A stretch of DNA of 63,280 nt, the filler included, from Lenisia limosa (lineage: Eukaryota > Protista > Breviatea), in NCBI GenBank assembly GCA_001655205.1. It is 6 parts of 6 records of this genome, joined end to end, with 100 filler letters (N's around TTAATTAATTAA, not from the genome) between each part and the next. Parts side by side here need not be neighbours in the genome. Positions count along the whole stretch, not along the records: positions 21,321 to 31,489 come from LPNZ01010121.1; positions 31,590 to 37,356 come from LPNZ01006304.1; positions 37,457 to 52,162 come from LPNZ01004476.1; 3 more parts are not named here. One strand, 5' to 3'. The position numbers and the translations under genes were made by a program. Below, piece after piece: positions 28,501 through 40,329 of this stretch. Positions within the stretch are counted from its first letter, which is position 1. Each line of letters starts with the position of its first letter. The notes beneath the pieces were generated by a model. It saw nothing but the letters and a program-made list of their open reading frames with translations. It ran no database searches and was not told the origin of the DNA.

Positions 28501-30991
28501 ATAGAAGTTTGTTTATATCGGCCAAGCCTAACCAGGGACAATGTGTGTGGATAAACTGACCAAAAAGGTATCACAGAAGACGCATTTGAGCAAGACTTCA
28601 AGGCAGGAGACGAGTGGATGTTCTTAGGTGGGTAGTGGGGGGGGGGGCNNNNNNNNNNNNNNNNNNNNNNNNNNNNNNNNNNNNNNNNNNNNNNNNNNNN
28701 NNNNNNNNNNNNNNNNNNNNNNNNNNNNNNNNNNNNNNNNNNNNNNNNNNNNATCGTTACCTTTACCTTACCCTTTACTTTTCCTTCCATACAGGCCCCG
28801 GCACCTATCTGCCCCACGGACATGTGCAGATTACTGAGACCCGGCACGCTGAAGTCCTGAAGGTATGTAACCTCTGTTAAGGCGAATGGTTGAAGATTAG
28901 GACTTAGAATGATCATCGTACACATGTATATCACAAGTGGATGTGACACGGCAGAAAGCATATCATCATACTTAGTGCTTCCCTACGGTCCCAAAAAAGA
29001 TGAATTTCTCGTTAAATCCTCGAAATCCTCGATATGTTGACTACCTGGACCGTAGGGAGCCCTAATCATATTGCTTTCGAAATATTTCTTCACATTTTAA
29101 TGCGGTTCAGAATAACGAAGCCCTTCATATTGAGGCCATCTTTGACTCGGATGGAAAGAAAACAGGTATTTTTGCAAAGTCTCTACGTAAAGATGAAATT
29201 CCGCGGGTTCACGCACTCAGGTGACCGTTGGTGTATCCAAAAGGAGGGCCTCTATATGCCGAAAATCAACGAGAGGATCATTCAACGTATGTTTCCCAAA
29301 TCCAGTTGTCACATTCCACCCAGGGGCGACCAATGATTGTTTATTATCTTTTGAAATACTCGAAGCGTGATGGGGATGACGGCTTTGGCCGGTTACAACC
29401 TACCTTTCATTTCTGCATATGTTTTTTTTGTTTTGAATTAATGGTGTGTACGGCTTCGTTCAGATAGAAGCCTATTTTCCCACTTCTGCTTATAAAATTA
29501 TAATCACCAACTAGGCCACAAGGCGATTTTGATCTCCGACACTCTCGCTGTTTCTGTCAAGGCTATCAAGACCTTCACAGATCAATTCGGCTTCAAGAGG
29601 GAAATTGGAGGTACAGCAGGATTGGCCGCGATTTATCTGTTTAGACTCCTATGTTATCACGAAGGACCTCACCAATGCGTTCATTCCGTGTGTTGAAGAA
29701 ACTGGTTAGTTCTTTCAAGGGGTTACAGATATGTTGTAGTTTTCTATATTGTTCCTGATACCATGTGTTGCATTTTGGGATCTGAGTTGCACTTTTGGAT
29801 GACCAGTAAAATCCCACAGTTGTCAGAGAATCAAGAGTTTTTTTGGAACTAACTAAAACCATTCCTTCCTCTGATATTACCAATATTTGTGATGTAAAGC
29901 CTTATTAAACAGTTGTTGAAACACGTGAGCTGATCCATTTGTCTTCTAACGAGTTCTGCTACATTGAGGACAACAAGGGTGCGGTGCGGTACGGGGGGGG
30001 GGGGACGANNNNNNNNNNNNNNNNNNNNNNNNNNNNNNNNNNNNNNNNNNNNNNNNNNNNNNNNNNNNNNNNNNNNNNNNNNNNNNNNNNNNNNNNAGTG
30101 CTCAGTACAAAGTGCTAACAAGTTAGCAGTCAAAAATACATAAACTTATTGATAGTGTTCTTCTTACGGTAAATAATATTTTGAGACTATAATCAATAAT
30201 TCTTCAACTTCATGGTGTGGGCGACTTCAGCCAGATTTGTATTGAGAAGCTATTTCCCCTAGAATTGACAATTTCCCTCATACCCCTAGTATTGAGAAGG
30301 GCGAGAAGGAGTTCTTCCTTCCGGCGCTTGACAAGCTCAAGAGGCCTCCAACAAAGGGAATTGTCCTTCGTAGGCTTTTGGATAGCTAGAAATGTGGCAT
30401 GCTATTAACATGATTCCCACTTGCTTTTATTATCCTGTATAGGATAAATTAATTTTGTACTCAATATTCCCTTTTTTTTGTTGTTGTTTTTCCAGCTTCA
30501 CACATGACATTTCAGAGAGCAATGCGGCGCTCCACGTCCGCGCCAACAGGGACTTCTTGGAGCCTACCAAGGTCGATGAAGAGGTGAGGATGATGTAAGA
30601 TGATGATAGGGTGATAAAGATGTGGGGTGGATGAAGAAGGCATATGAACCCAGGAGCATGGTATTGGACAACAATGACGGCTCAGACTGGTGAAGTTCTC
30701 GCGTCACAGAAGCGTGTTGCCGGTTCTAGATGGACCATCTACGGCCCTACCATCTACTTTGTTCCTGTGGAGGTGGGGGCGTTACTTTGTTCCTTAATCC
30801 AAAAACCTAACTTGATTTTTTTTTTTTTTTTTTTTTNNNNNNNNNNNNNNNNNNNNNNNNNNNNNNNNNNNNNNNNNNNNNNNNNNNNNNNNNNNNNNNN
30901 NNNNNNNAAGTACAAATCCATGATCGAGATTGGCAACCTCAATGCCCTCTTCTTCAGCAAAGCCCCATTCCAGAATGACTTCGCGGCTTAA
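25565..30991 (+). CDS. Major vault protein-like: repeats R1-R7 only, probable low-complexity N-terminal extension
   Basis: R1 VIRLSPLTYVHKLNINTNVTSVVAGPQSF; R2 MVTVPPLYYAKIKNP...RHGDVEVR...PFPLFPGE; R3 NTALCLRA...AGDEWMFLGPGTYLP; R4 NEALHIEA...GDRWCIQKEGLYMP; R5; R6 KGEKEFFL; R7 AGSRWTIYGP; stop TAA 30989-30991. The join of exons 25565-26446 to R1 crosses a gap. Confidence 0.85.
28972..29066. mobile_element. MITE family A subfamily copy in an MVP-like intron
   Basis: TAGTGCTTCCCTACGGTCC ... GGACCGTAGGGAGCCTA; flanks ATCATACT and ATCATATT (7/8). Confidence 0.7.
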
Positions 30992-31589
30992 ACCCCTTTT
31001 TTTTGTCCGTTTTGTAGTGATCATTACCATTAATTTCTTATTATTTATGTGTGTGCACTATTTTGCTCTAAATAATATTTACATCATAGTATCATCGGTC
31101 ATAGCAATACCCAAAAAGGATAAACAGCAATACGAGCCAGTGAATCGAAACCACTCTACGACCAGAGGTTGACAGTGGCAGCTTTGCCGCCGGCGAAGCT
31201 ATGGTTTCCACTCTGAACCATCAGAGGTTCAATACGCATGGCATCATATGAAACACTATTGTACAAATACGATATTGTCCCAAGTTATGCATATTACATG
31301 GTTACACAATTAGTTCAAATACGTAGTTTCCCAAGTTACACCACTGATTCGGAGCCTCATGAAGAAACAAAATAAATTAATTTAGCTAAAGGCTTTCTCG
31401 AGTGAAGGTCTTTCCCGAGCTTCAAAACGTTTGTAAGTGTATCTAATGGTCAGAAATATTACTATTGCAGAAAAAAAAAAAAAAAAAAANNNNNNNNNNN
31501 NNNNNNNNNNNNNNNNNNNNNNNNNNNNNNNNNTTAATTAATTAANNNNNNNNNNNNNNNNNNNNNNNNNNNNNNNNNNNNNNNNNNNN

Positions 31590-31781
31590 CTGTTCGGATT
31601 TGCAGTTGTATGATCTCATTTTCAAAAAAGGACATTTGCATTCCCTCTGTGGGCTAATGCATCGATCTGTTCAATAAATCAATTTTCGAAGTTCGAATAA
31701 ATCGAACATTGATTATCATACCAGAGGGAATGCAAATGTCCTTTTTTGAAAATGAGATCATACAACTGCAAATCCGAACAG
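31590..31781. repeat. Perfect 60-bp inverted repeat with 72-bp spacer at segment start
   Basis: 31590-31649 is the exact reverse complement of 31722-31781. Confidence 0.95.
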
Positions 31782-33899
31782 TCGCCGACCAGAATATACT
31801 GACGTCAGCAGCAGCATGCATGTGTTTGGATTTTTTGAATTATTTAGAATCGGGTAGTCCATGAGGCTGGACGTATGAAAAATAGTAAAGGGGAGGATCT
31901 CACAGGTTGGTAAATGTGTAAATGTTTCAAAGGAAAGGGCAATTGCACATTTGCAAAATACGGCATGCACAATTTAGGGTCTGGAAACGTCTGACAGACA
32001 GGGTATTGATGACTGACTGAAATTCACAGCGTTTTCAGCATATAAGTTTATTCCCTCTCGGTCAGCTGAATTAAAAGCAGATCGAGGAAAGAGAGACTTA
32101 TATGTTGCGAATGGAGGGTGTGATAGAGGTCGATACTGTCGTAAGCTTGTTTAGTTTTCTCAATACGTAGAACTGAGCAATACACCTTGAAGCATAATGA
32201 TGATACCCATACATACATAACTCCCGCGCACGGTTTACAAAAGATAGGATCCCTCCACAGCTGCCATCCAGTTGACAGCGTAACAGAAATCGCAATGCGG
32301 CAGGCCCGAGTTCATGTGGCGACAGGCGAAGCGGAAGTCCGTCGTTGTCACCCGATACGTGTCTGGGGTATTAATAGGCGTTTTTGGAGAACACATTGGA
32401 AACCCTAAGGTTGAAAATTCAGAACACGACTTAGCGGGAATCCCCACGAATCCCCACCCACTGCACACAGTGTACGAGTTTGAGTCATTATCGTTAACCT
32501 GAAATGTAAACGATGAAACACGTTTAAATCACGGAACCCTCCCTCAATGTCATATTGTGAAATCTACATATAGATATACACATGCTATAACATATATCGA
32601 TATTAGGCAAATGGTTGGTGAATTAGTACATACTTTATAAATTTACAATAATCCAATATCTCTTATAAGCGTGAGGCCAAAAGGCCATTTGCCCCCACCT
32701 GAAGAACCACAGCCGGCGGCTCTGAAAAAGGGGTCGGGAAGGTCACAAGGTTGTTTGTAGTCTAAACCAATAAGAGACACCCTTCTGATCTGGAAACAAG
32801 CCCCTGAACTGTGAAGCCCTACCCCCAAATTTGGGCTATTTTCACAAATTCAGCCTTTTTCTCACAAATTTAGGGTTTTTTTTTGTTTTTTTTCACAAAT
32901 TGCCCCGCGCCCCGCCCCACGCCATGAGTCAGGAACTGTCCGAACTGGAATCCCTCGGGAGTAGGTAGCGAGGGGGTCAGAGCAGTAAAGGCAAATCGGC
33001 TTGCAGTTCTAATGGGGGGGGGGGGGNNNNNNNNNNGTCTGGCAGTACATGCGGGTGGACTTATGAAAAAAGGGAGGATTTCAAAGTTTGGTAAATGTGT
33101 AATTGAAGAGGCATTTGATATAAAATACATTCTGGCTGCATGGACTACCCGATTTGAACATTCATCTTCACAATTAGAGTTTCAAAATTTTTCGAAGTTC
33201 AAACTATGTATCGAACTGAGAAAATTGATTTATTGAACAGAGCGAACATCTGCATCAGCTACGGAGGGAATGCCCTTTCAAAATGTGATCATACAATCCG
33301 GACAGTCGCCGGCTTGACCGGGACAGTTGGGTTGCTTGTCCTTTGTTCATTGTTACAGCGGGAGTCCAATTCTCTTGGAGTTGACTCAGAAAAGTGCATA
33401 TTTCTTGCAACATTCCTCGACGAGACACCATTGTACCATTGTAACACTTGGTGAAACAACCAACATGTCATACAAAGGGTTTTGTGCTTTTCGGAGTTGT
33501 TTTAGTGGAGGCCTCACATTTGATAATTTGAAAAACAATCATCACCACCCTACAAGGATATGAGGGGCAAGCATCACCTGAGATATTCCGTCTCTTTCAA
33601 CCTGAGTGAGTAGAATGTAGGGCAGGGTCATAAGCATATAAGTTTCAATAAATCCTTGACATTCATTTTCTCTCGTTTTTTTTCGGACCGAAGGTATGTT
33701 TCATAGAAAGGGTTACATATTAGATAAAAAAACGAATAATTAGAAGACCATAAAACCTCAAAACATTACCATTGAAATCAGTATTGGAATGTTCGTTGAA
33801 TCTCTGGGTGGTTAGAACCAGCGAACACAAATAAACTGGCCGAAGCCGAAATGAGCTTGAACAAGAACACAAACAGCTGAGCAAACTCAAAAAAAAAGA

Positions 33900-36510
33900 G
33901 CCTTATCGGCATGAAAATACCTTTCTTTGATAAAACCCCATGTACCACAAGGCAGTTTTCGCGGTTTCAATCGAAGGGTGAAGGGAACATGTGCTTTGTG
34001 TCTTGGGATGATGCCCTACAAGGATATGAGGGGGGAATCAATATCTATGTATTCAGGAGTGGAGGAAAAACAAGAAAAAAAAAAAAGAAAAAAAAAAACC
34101 CCGAATCTTCATCATATTGACTCCCTTCCTACCTAGTTGAGCGTTTGCCATTCGAAGCCTCTTTGCTGAGCTCCTTGATTTTCTTTAGAAGCTCGGGGTA
34201 GAACCTGTCTTGGTCCTCCTGTGACATGTATTTCCAAGATTCCTCCTTTGATAAGGGGACAAAAGGGGATTGCTCCTTCGGCTGCAGCAGCTCCTTAATC
34301 GAGTAGGACTTTTTGGGGGCTGATTTGAGAGCTTGTGTTCTGAGGTGTTAGCAAGGCGAATACATGGAATTGAGAGAGTTAAACTGGAAAATCTCTATTG
34401 AATCTTGGATCAGACAGTAGACATCAAATGCGTTAAAACTGCTCAATTCATTCGTTACTATACTACCAACATATCCCCACCGTCGTGCCCTTTTAGCGTT
34501 AGGTGCCGAATATAGCGCGTTACTATACTACCAACATATCCCCACCGTCGTGCCCTTTTAGCGTTAGGTGCCGAATATAGCGAGTCGTTCTCGGCAAAGG
34601 CTTCATCCTCAGCATCAAAGTCCACTCGTCCGAGATGCGACTGGCTGGAGAGGGCGGGTATCTCGTCCTCTGCGGGGGGGTAAATTGGGAAATTTATGAA
34701 ATAAAAAGTCATGCTGGCTGATAAAATATGAGGGATAACACCAAAACAAACGGTGAACGAAGAATATATTTTCCTGAGAAATACTCCCCTCTCCCCACAA
34801 TCATATTATACCCCCAACCATCAGGATCAAGCCCCATAGCGCGGAAACTAGTCCGGCTGGTCCGTCGCGGCAGTTGGCTTTCCAGCATCGGAGACTCCGT
34901 CAAAACCGACTACGGGGTTAGGCGGTTCAGGGAGAAATTCAAAAAAACGTCTGTTGTTGCAAAAATCAACCTTTTTATTTTTATTTTTCTCATAAAAATT
35001 TATTTTTTAACTACACCACCCCCTTTTAGATGAGCCAGAAGTTCACCTTTTTGTTGCACCAAAGGGAAGCCTCAAGATCAATATATGATTAATACTTCTC
35101 ACCTCCTCGACTCTTCGGTCGTATGCATCGTCACCAAGAAGCCTTCGCACCATATCGGGAACAATGCTGCGCTCTCCTAATATGGTAAGTAGGCTTGCCT
35201 AATATGGCAGGCAAGCTTGCTTAATATGGTAAGTAGATTTGCCTAATATGGGTGGACCTGACAAATATGGTTTGTTGGTTGTCTGAAAGTGCCATATTTG
35301 GAAGGTTTGGTCTTTTAATTAACACTAACAGGTTCAACAAGCGTTTGAAGAGCTCGTCACAAAAGTGGGTTTTTGGAGAGGGTGATTCCATGCGGGTGTT
35401 GGCCCAGATAAACCGTTTAGCACTATTACGATTCATTTCATAAACTAACAACCTAGATTCTTGACAACCCTGAACTGTACTCCCCGGTGTCTGGTGGAGT
35501 GAATGTGAACAGCCAAGGATCTGCGGACGCGGGGCTATGCTGCTAGAGCAAACGGTTTTATTTAATGTACTTAGAGTTGATGTTGACATTGGTTGCTTTG
35601 TCACAGTTTCAGCCTCCTCGGTTTCAACTGTTCGAACGTGTTGGACTGTAATTAAACTGACGATATATCAATAAATAAATATATGTATATAAACCAATAA
35701 AATGAGAGGGCAAGGGGTGTCAAAGGTCAAAGGGGTGTGAGTGATCAGAACATTGTTGTAATTGTGACGAGGAGAAGCCCTTCCCCATTTTTTTTTTTTT
35801 TTTTTTTTNNNNNNNNNNNNNNNNNNNNNNNNNNNNNNNNNNNNNNNNNNNNNNNNNNNNNNNNNNNNNNNNNNNNNNNNNNNNNNNNNNNNNNNNNNNN
35901 NNNNTCAGCACTCATAACCAACTCATAACTTACCTCACCTTACCACCTACTCACACACAAAGTGTTGTGAAGAACAATAATATATACTGATTTTAAAGGG
36001 GAAAGTTGAAGACCGCTGCCACATTTCCTTCAAACTCTGAATTCTCCGACTTTACCACTTCGATTCGGCTTAGGTGAGAATACAGGATGGTGTTTGGGAT
36101 AGTTTTCTTTGTTATTTGTTTGAAACTACTGGTTACACTGGATGAGGTCTTTCTTTCCTTCATTATATTGTATCATTTGAGATTTGAGTCCACCATCAAT
36201 GTCCATGCATGATGCCACTCTGCTTGTGCGATAGTTGACAATTTTCAATGAAACATTTAGATATTCATTTGAACTATGACAAGGACATGATTTCTTCATG
36301 TTTCTAATTTTTCTATTCAGATACCATCTATATTCACCAACAATGGTATTCTTCATCAGCAAAACTAACTGTTGAAACATGGAAGGTTTTATAAAAACAT
36401 TTCCCCTTTGGACGGGAGGAATAATAATTCAGCTTTATATAACCCTCAATGAGCTCACAAATACAAACCCTTTACATTTCACATTGCGCTCCTTGTTCAT
36501 TCGTAGCCAT
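33900..36510 (-). CDS. Unidentified multi-exon protein; ends uncertain
   Basis: Coding-like GT-AG exons: AKRFIWANTRMESPSPKTHFCDELFKRLL; ESSIVPDMVRRLLGDDAYDRRVEE; DFDAEDEAFAENDSLYSAPNAKRARR; KKSYSIKELL; candidate start MATNEQ at 36510. Confidence 0.4.
34453..34582. repeat. 65-bp exact tandem duplication spanning a minus-strand exon end and donor
   Basis: Two identical copies starting at 34453 and 34518. Confidence 0.95.
35176..35270. repeat. 22-bp tandem repeat, about 4 copies, containing the 3' splice site of a minus-strand intron
   Basis: CCTAATATGG-based units; the minus strand reads CCATATTAG|G. Confidence 0.85.
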
Positions 36511-36545
36511 CCTAACCTTGGGGTTCACTCAGGAAAATAAGTCGC

Positions 36546-37356
36546 ATGCCCCAGACCCTGCAAATGTCAACTAAGCCGATTCTTGTCCTTGATGTGAGTA
36601 TCACCCAGCGCTTTCTTCCAGAGGGGATATGGACAAGAGCGTGGCTTCAGGTTTGGAGGGATATGGGCTTGAGCATTTTCACGGTTCTAACTTGAACTTC
36701 GCTCTGGTCCGAGATAACATATTTATGTTTATTGCAATAAGAAATGCCGTCTCTAATATACTGGTGAATAATGTCACAAGCTCTTTCGAGAAATGCAGAT
36801 TGAGGTGAATTCGTTTTCTTGACTTTTGTAGAAGAACAGCCATGCAAGAGTGGAGACAGCCCTAATTGGAGAAAACGCACTTTCTAACCACCCCATTCCA
36901 TGGCCAATTCTCGGTGAAGGAGATTTTGGAGGCGTTCAGCCTAGTCTACTGGAACAAAGGTTGGATGATACATTGGCTTAGACCCAATAAATGGTGATAA
37001 GTGTTCCGGTTTTTAATCCTTTTAGATACTGCGGAGTTGTTATTACGGGATCTTTCTCGAGTCCGTTAGATAATGAAGTTGGCTGGACGCCTATGTAATA
37101 TATGATATACTACAACCTATATATTGGAACTTTGAGCTCAGTAATTATCAAATTCCTTTCTCTTTCCTTCCTAATCGCTAGTGAATTATCCAAGATAACT
37201 TATTTTGAATTTTTGACTTAAAATATAATTTAACAAAACAAGATTCTCCACCTTAGGGTATCCTTTTGTATTGAAGAGAACTGTCATTCCTACATTTATC
37301 CTCCCACCGCCAGGTACCATGGGCAACCGGTTTAGTACATTGGGTTGATGCTGCAC
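36546..37356 (+). CDS. Class I glutamine amidotransferase (GMP-synthase-like GATase), 5' part (cut by spacer)
   Basis: (MPQTLQ)MSTKPILVLD ... YCGVVITGSFSSPLDNE|VPWATGLVHWVDAA matches the GATase1 pattern GvviTGS...D...PW..L. Confidence 0.7.
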
Positions 37357-40329
37357 NNNNNNNNNNNNNNNNNNNNNNNNNNNNNNNNNNNNNNNNNNNN
37401 TTAATTAATTAANNNNNNNNNNNNNNNNNNNNNNNNNNNNNNNNNNNNNNNNNNNNGGGGTGCCAAAACAAGCAGGGTTAGCTCGGGAGGTGGGGGTGCC
37501 AAAAGCACAGTTTCACCAAATTCCTGGTGCTATATGTATGATACATAATTCCTTGTGTATACTACCCCACCAGAGATTCATGGAATTAATCACCCTCATT
37601 AATTCTAATATTCATCGAAATTTCCTTTGGAATACATTCGGTTCGTGATTAGTAATTTTATGCCATCGAAATTTCCTTCGTTTTACTCATAAATTTCCCA
37701 ATTATACCCCCCCCCCCCCNNNNNNNNNNNNNNNNNNNNNNNNNNNNNNNNNNNNNNNNNNNNNNNNNNNNNNNNNNNNNNNNNNNNNNNNNNNNNNNNN
37801 NNNNNNNNNNNNNNNNNNNNNNNNNNNNNNNNGGATACGACGAAGTTCTCGGCCACACCAACTGTACTGTAACCGATTTACATAACTTATGGAGTATTCG
37901 CGAGTTGAATAGCGTTTGTGGGTTCCATAATTTGTATTTTGAATTGCGATAATTTTCATTACTCGCTCAGTGTTGAAGAGACTTTCTACACCTTAAATAA
38001 CCTGAAATCTGATAATCATGATTAGTATCGATATTGTTTCCGGCTGAGACTGAACCGAGAGATACTCAAACCTGTGTAGATTACCTTTTTAAATAATAGG
38101 AAGGGAATGGAAAGGGGAACTCTTGAATTGTCTTAAGCATTGGTGTATTCATGAACTTATTTTGGCTGTAGTAATTGCCCTCACCGCTTAGCCTGTGGTC
38201 TGTGAAGATGACGGGACTGGATTTTACGCCTGGAAATACCAAAGTGAAATCTACTCCGGTTTGCTTTCTGAATTGCTGAGATTTTTTTTTTTTTATCTTT
38301 CATCAAGTGACGCTATGGATTATCAGATATTATCCTTTTTAACTCCTGTCAGCATATGAAAGATGTGAAACGTAACCTGTCCAAAAGACACTTTCTAATT
38401 ATTTTAGCACGCAACTGCAATGATATGCCGGCTGGTACTGAAGGCATCTTTCATTTCAGATCAGAAGGTATATATTTATTCTACATTCTGTCTATTATAG
38501 CTACTATCTTAATAGATGGGTTTAGATCATATACATGAATGTACTATGTATTTTTCATGTATCTGTAGATCCTGTTATATTAATCTAGAACACTATTTCT
38601 GATTGCTTCAGCTCTCTTTTTGCTCCAAAACAGATACTTTTTTGATGAGCTGATTTATATTGCTTTCTGTTATTCACGGAGAAATAATTTGATCTTTTTG
38701 CGGATGTTTTGTCATTTTATGATGCAGATGGGACATTGTTTGACCTTGAGTGCTTCACGGATGCCACTTATGGAAGTAAGGGGCTTTTGAATATTCAAGG
38801 ATAGAGTATCATACACTATCATCATAACATTATTTTTTGTGAAGAGGATATGTGTTTTAGAAAACCTTATGGACGTTAGTTTGAGTGACTATGTTATATA
38901 GAGATGAGAAATAACAGGGTTATATCCGGTAGAAGCCGCCAAAACCATTCTGCTTGTAAGAAAAAGAAGTTCCCATATTAAGTGGTTACCATATTAGGCA
39001 ACTGGAGCCGTTTGCCACAATATGAACTCGAGCGAATGACGACAGCAACGTGTACCTTCACTCAGCATATCAACTGTAAGACCACAGACATTTAATCCGC
39101 TCTTTGATTCTCAACCAGCTATTGACAAAAATAAACTAATATCAGGACGGGGTCTTAGAATGGAAGCCCATATCAATAGTTATTCTGTAATCTTGTGTAA
39201 AAGTGATGGTGGGTAGCTTCAAACGGATACTCCTTTTCTTCATTTCATCTATTTAGCTTTGTACTTTAACACCTTCAGCAACCTCTAGTTACGTATGCAC
39301 TTTGTCAACCAGTTCACCTACAACTCACTGTGGCTGTGGACTCAACTTGCCCTTTAAAATATTCATGAAAGGTGAGTGGGGTTTCAAACATCTTGTCATC
39401 ACACTGATTTTAAATTGAATCCGTTTAATTGTTCAGATGTTCACATCGAAACTGTTACCCAGAATTTTGGTATGTCGTCAGATATTCTGCAATGTGAATG
39501 GATCCGTAGACAGCATACGGAAGACTTTTCCATTCATGCCTCAGATTCAACGTCGGTCCCAGGATCCGTATTTCAATTCACCGAGATCCCAGATGAAAGG
39601 GCAGCTGTAAACTACCATTATGATGTAAGTCTGAACAATGAGCTTCAAGAGTGTTGGTTTCCCCCCTTTTTTTTGGATTTGCTTTTCTATGACATTTACC
39701 CTCTATCCCCTAGGACCAGTTTGCGACCTGCTCTGCGGACATTAGCTGCTACCAAGTATTCAGAAATGACGAAAGCACTGCCACAACTAGTCACTATCGC
39801 GTAAGTCGAAACCATTCCAGACACGATAGAGGATATTTTTTTGCCTTACCCATGTGTAAATTCAACATCGATAGTAAGGCACAGAGTTGTGTGCAAATGA
39901 TTGGGTGAATTATTATATATATTATGTAATAATCCAATATCTCTTATGCGAGTGGACGGCTTCGGCGATACCACTTGTCTACACTATGATATTGTTTAAG
40001 TTTGCGTAGCTGACCGGATACTTCCAGATTCTTGTACCCTTTATTACTTTAGTCTGTTGCCGAGGGGAAGTGGGGCTACGTCCACCTTGGAATGAGAGGG
40101 TATAACGCAGGGCACCTTCTTGTGGCAAGTATTTCCTTCTTCTTTAGATAAATTTGCGCTTTGTATTTATGAGTTCAATTGTAGCGGATTAATGGTCAAT
40201 CTTTTTAACGATTATGGCATGCTGAGTTTTTGTATTCGTCACACGACTTTGCCACAGGGTAAAATCAGGGAAATCTTGCATAAATAATTATTCGGAAAAA
40301 CAAGAAAAGAGTTTCAAAATATAACTTCT

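Noticed and set aside
37258-37267. GTATCCTTTT, a U12-type donor consensus, in the GATase gene
   Set aside because: It lies inside an intron that is explained by U2-type sites, there is no good U12 branch site, and such a 9-mer is expected roughly once by chance in this much sequence.
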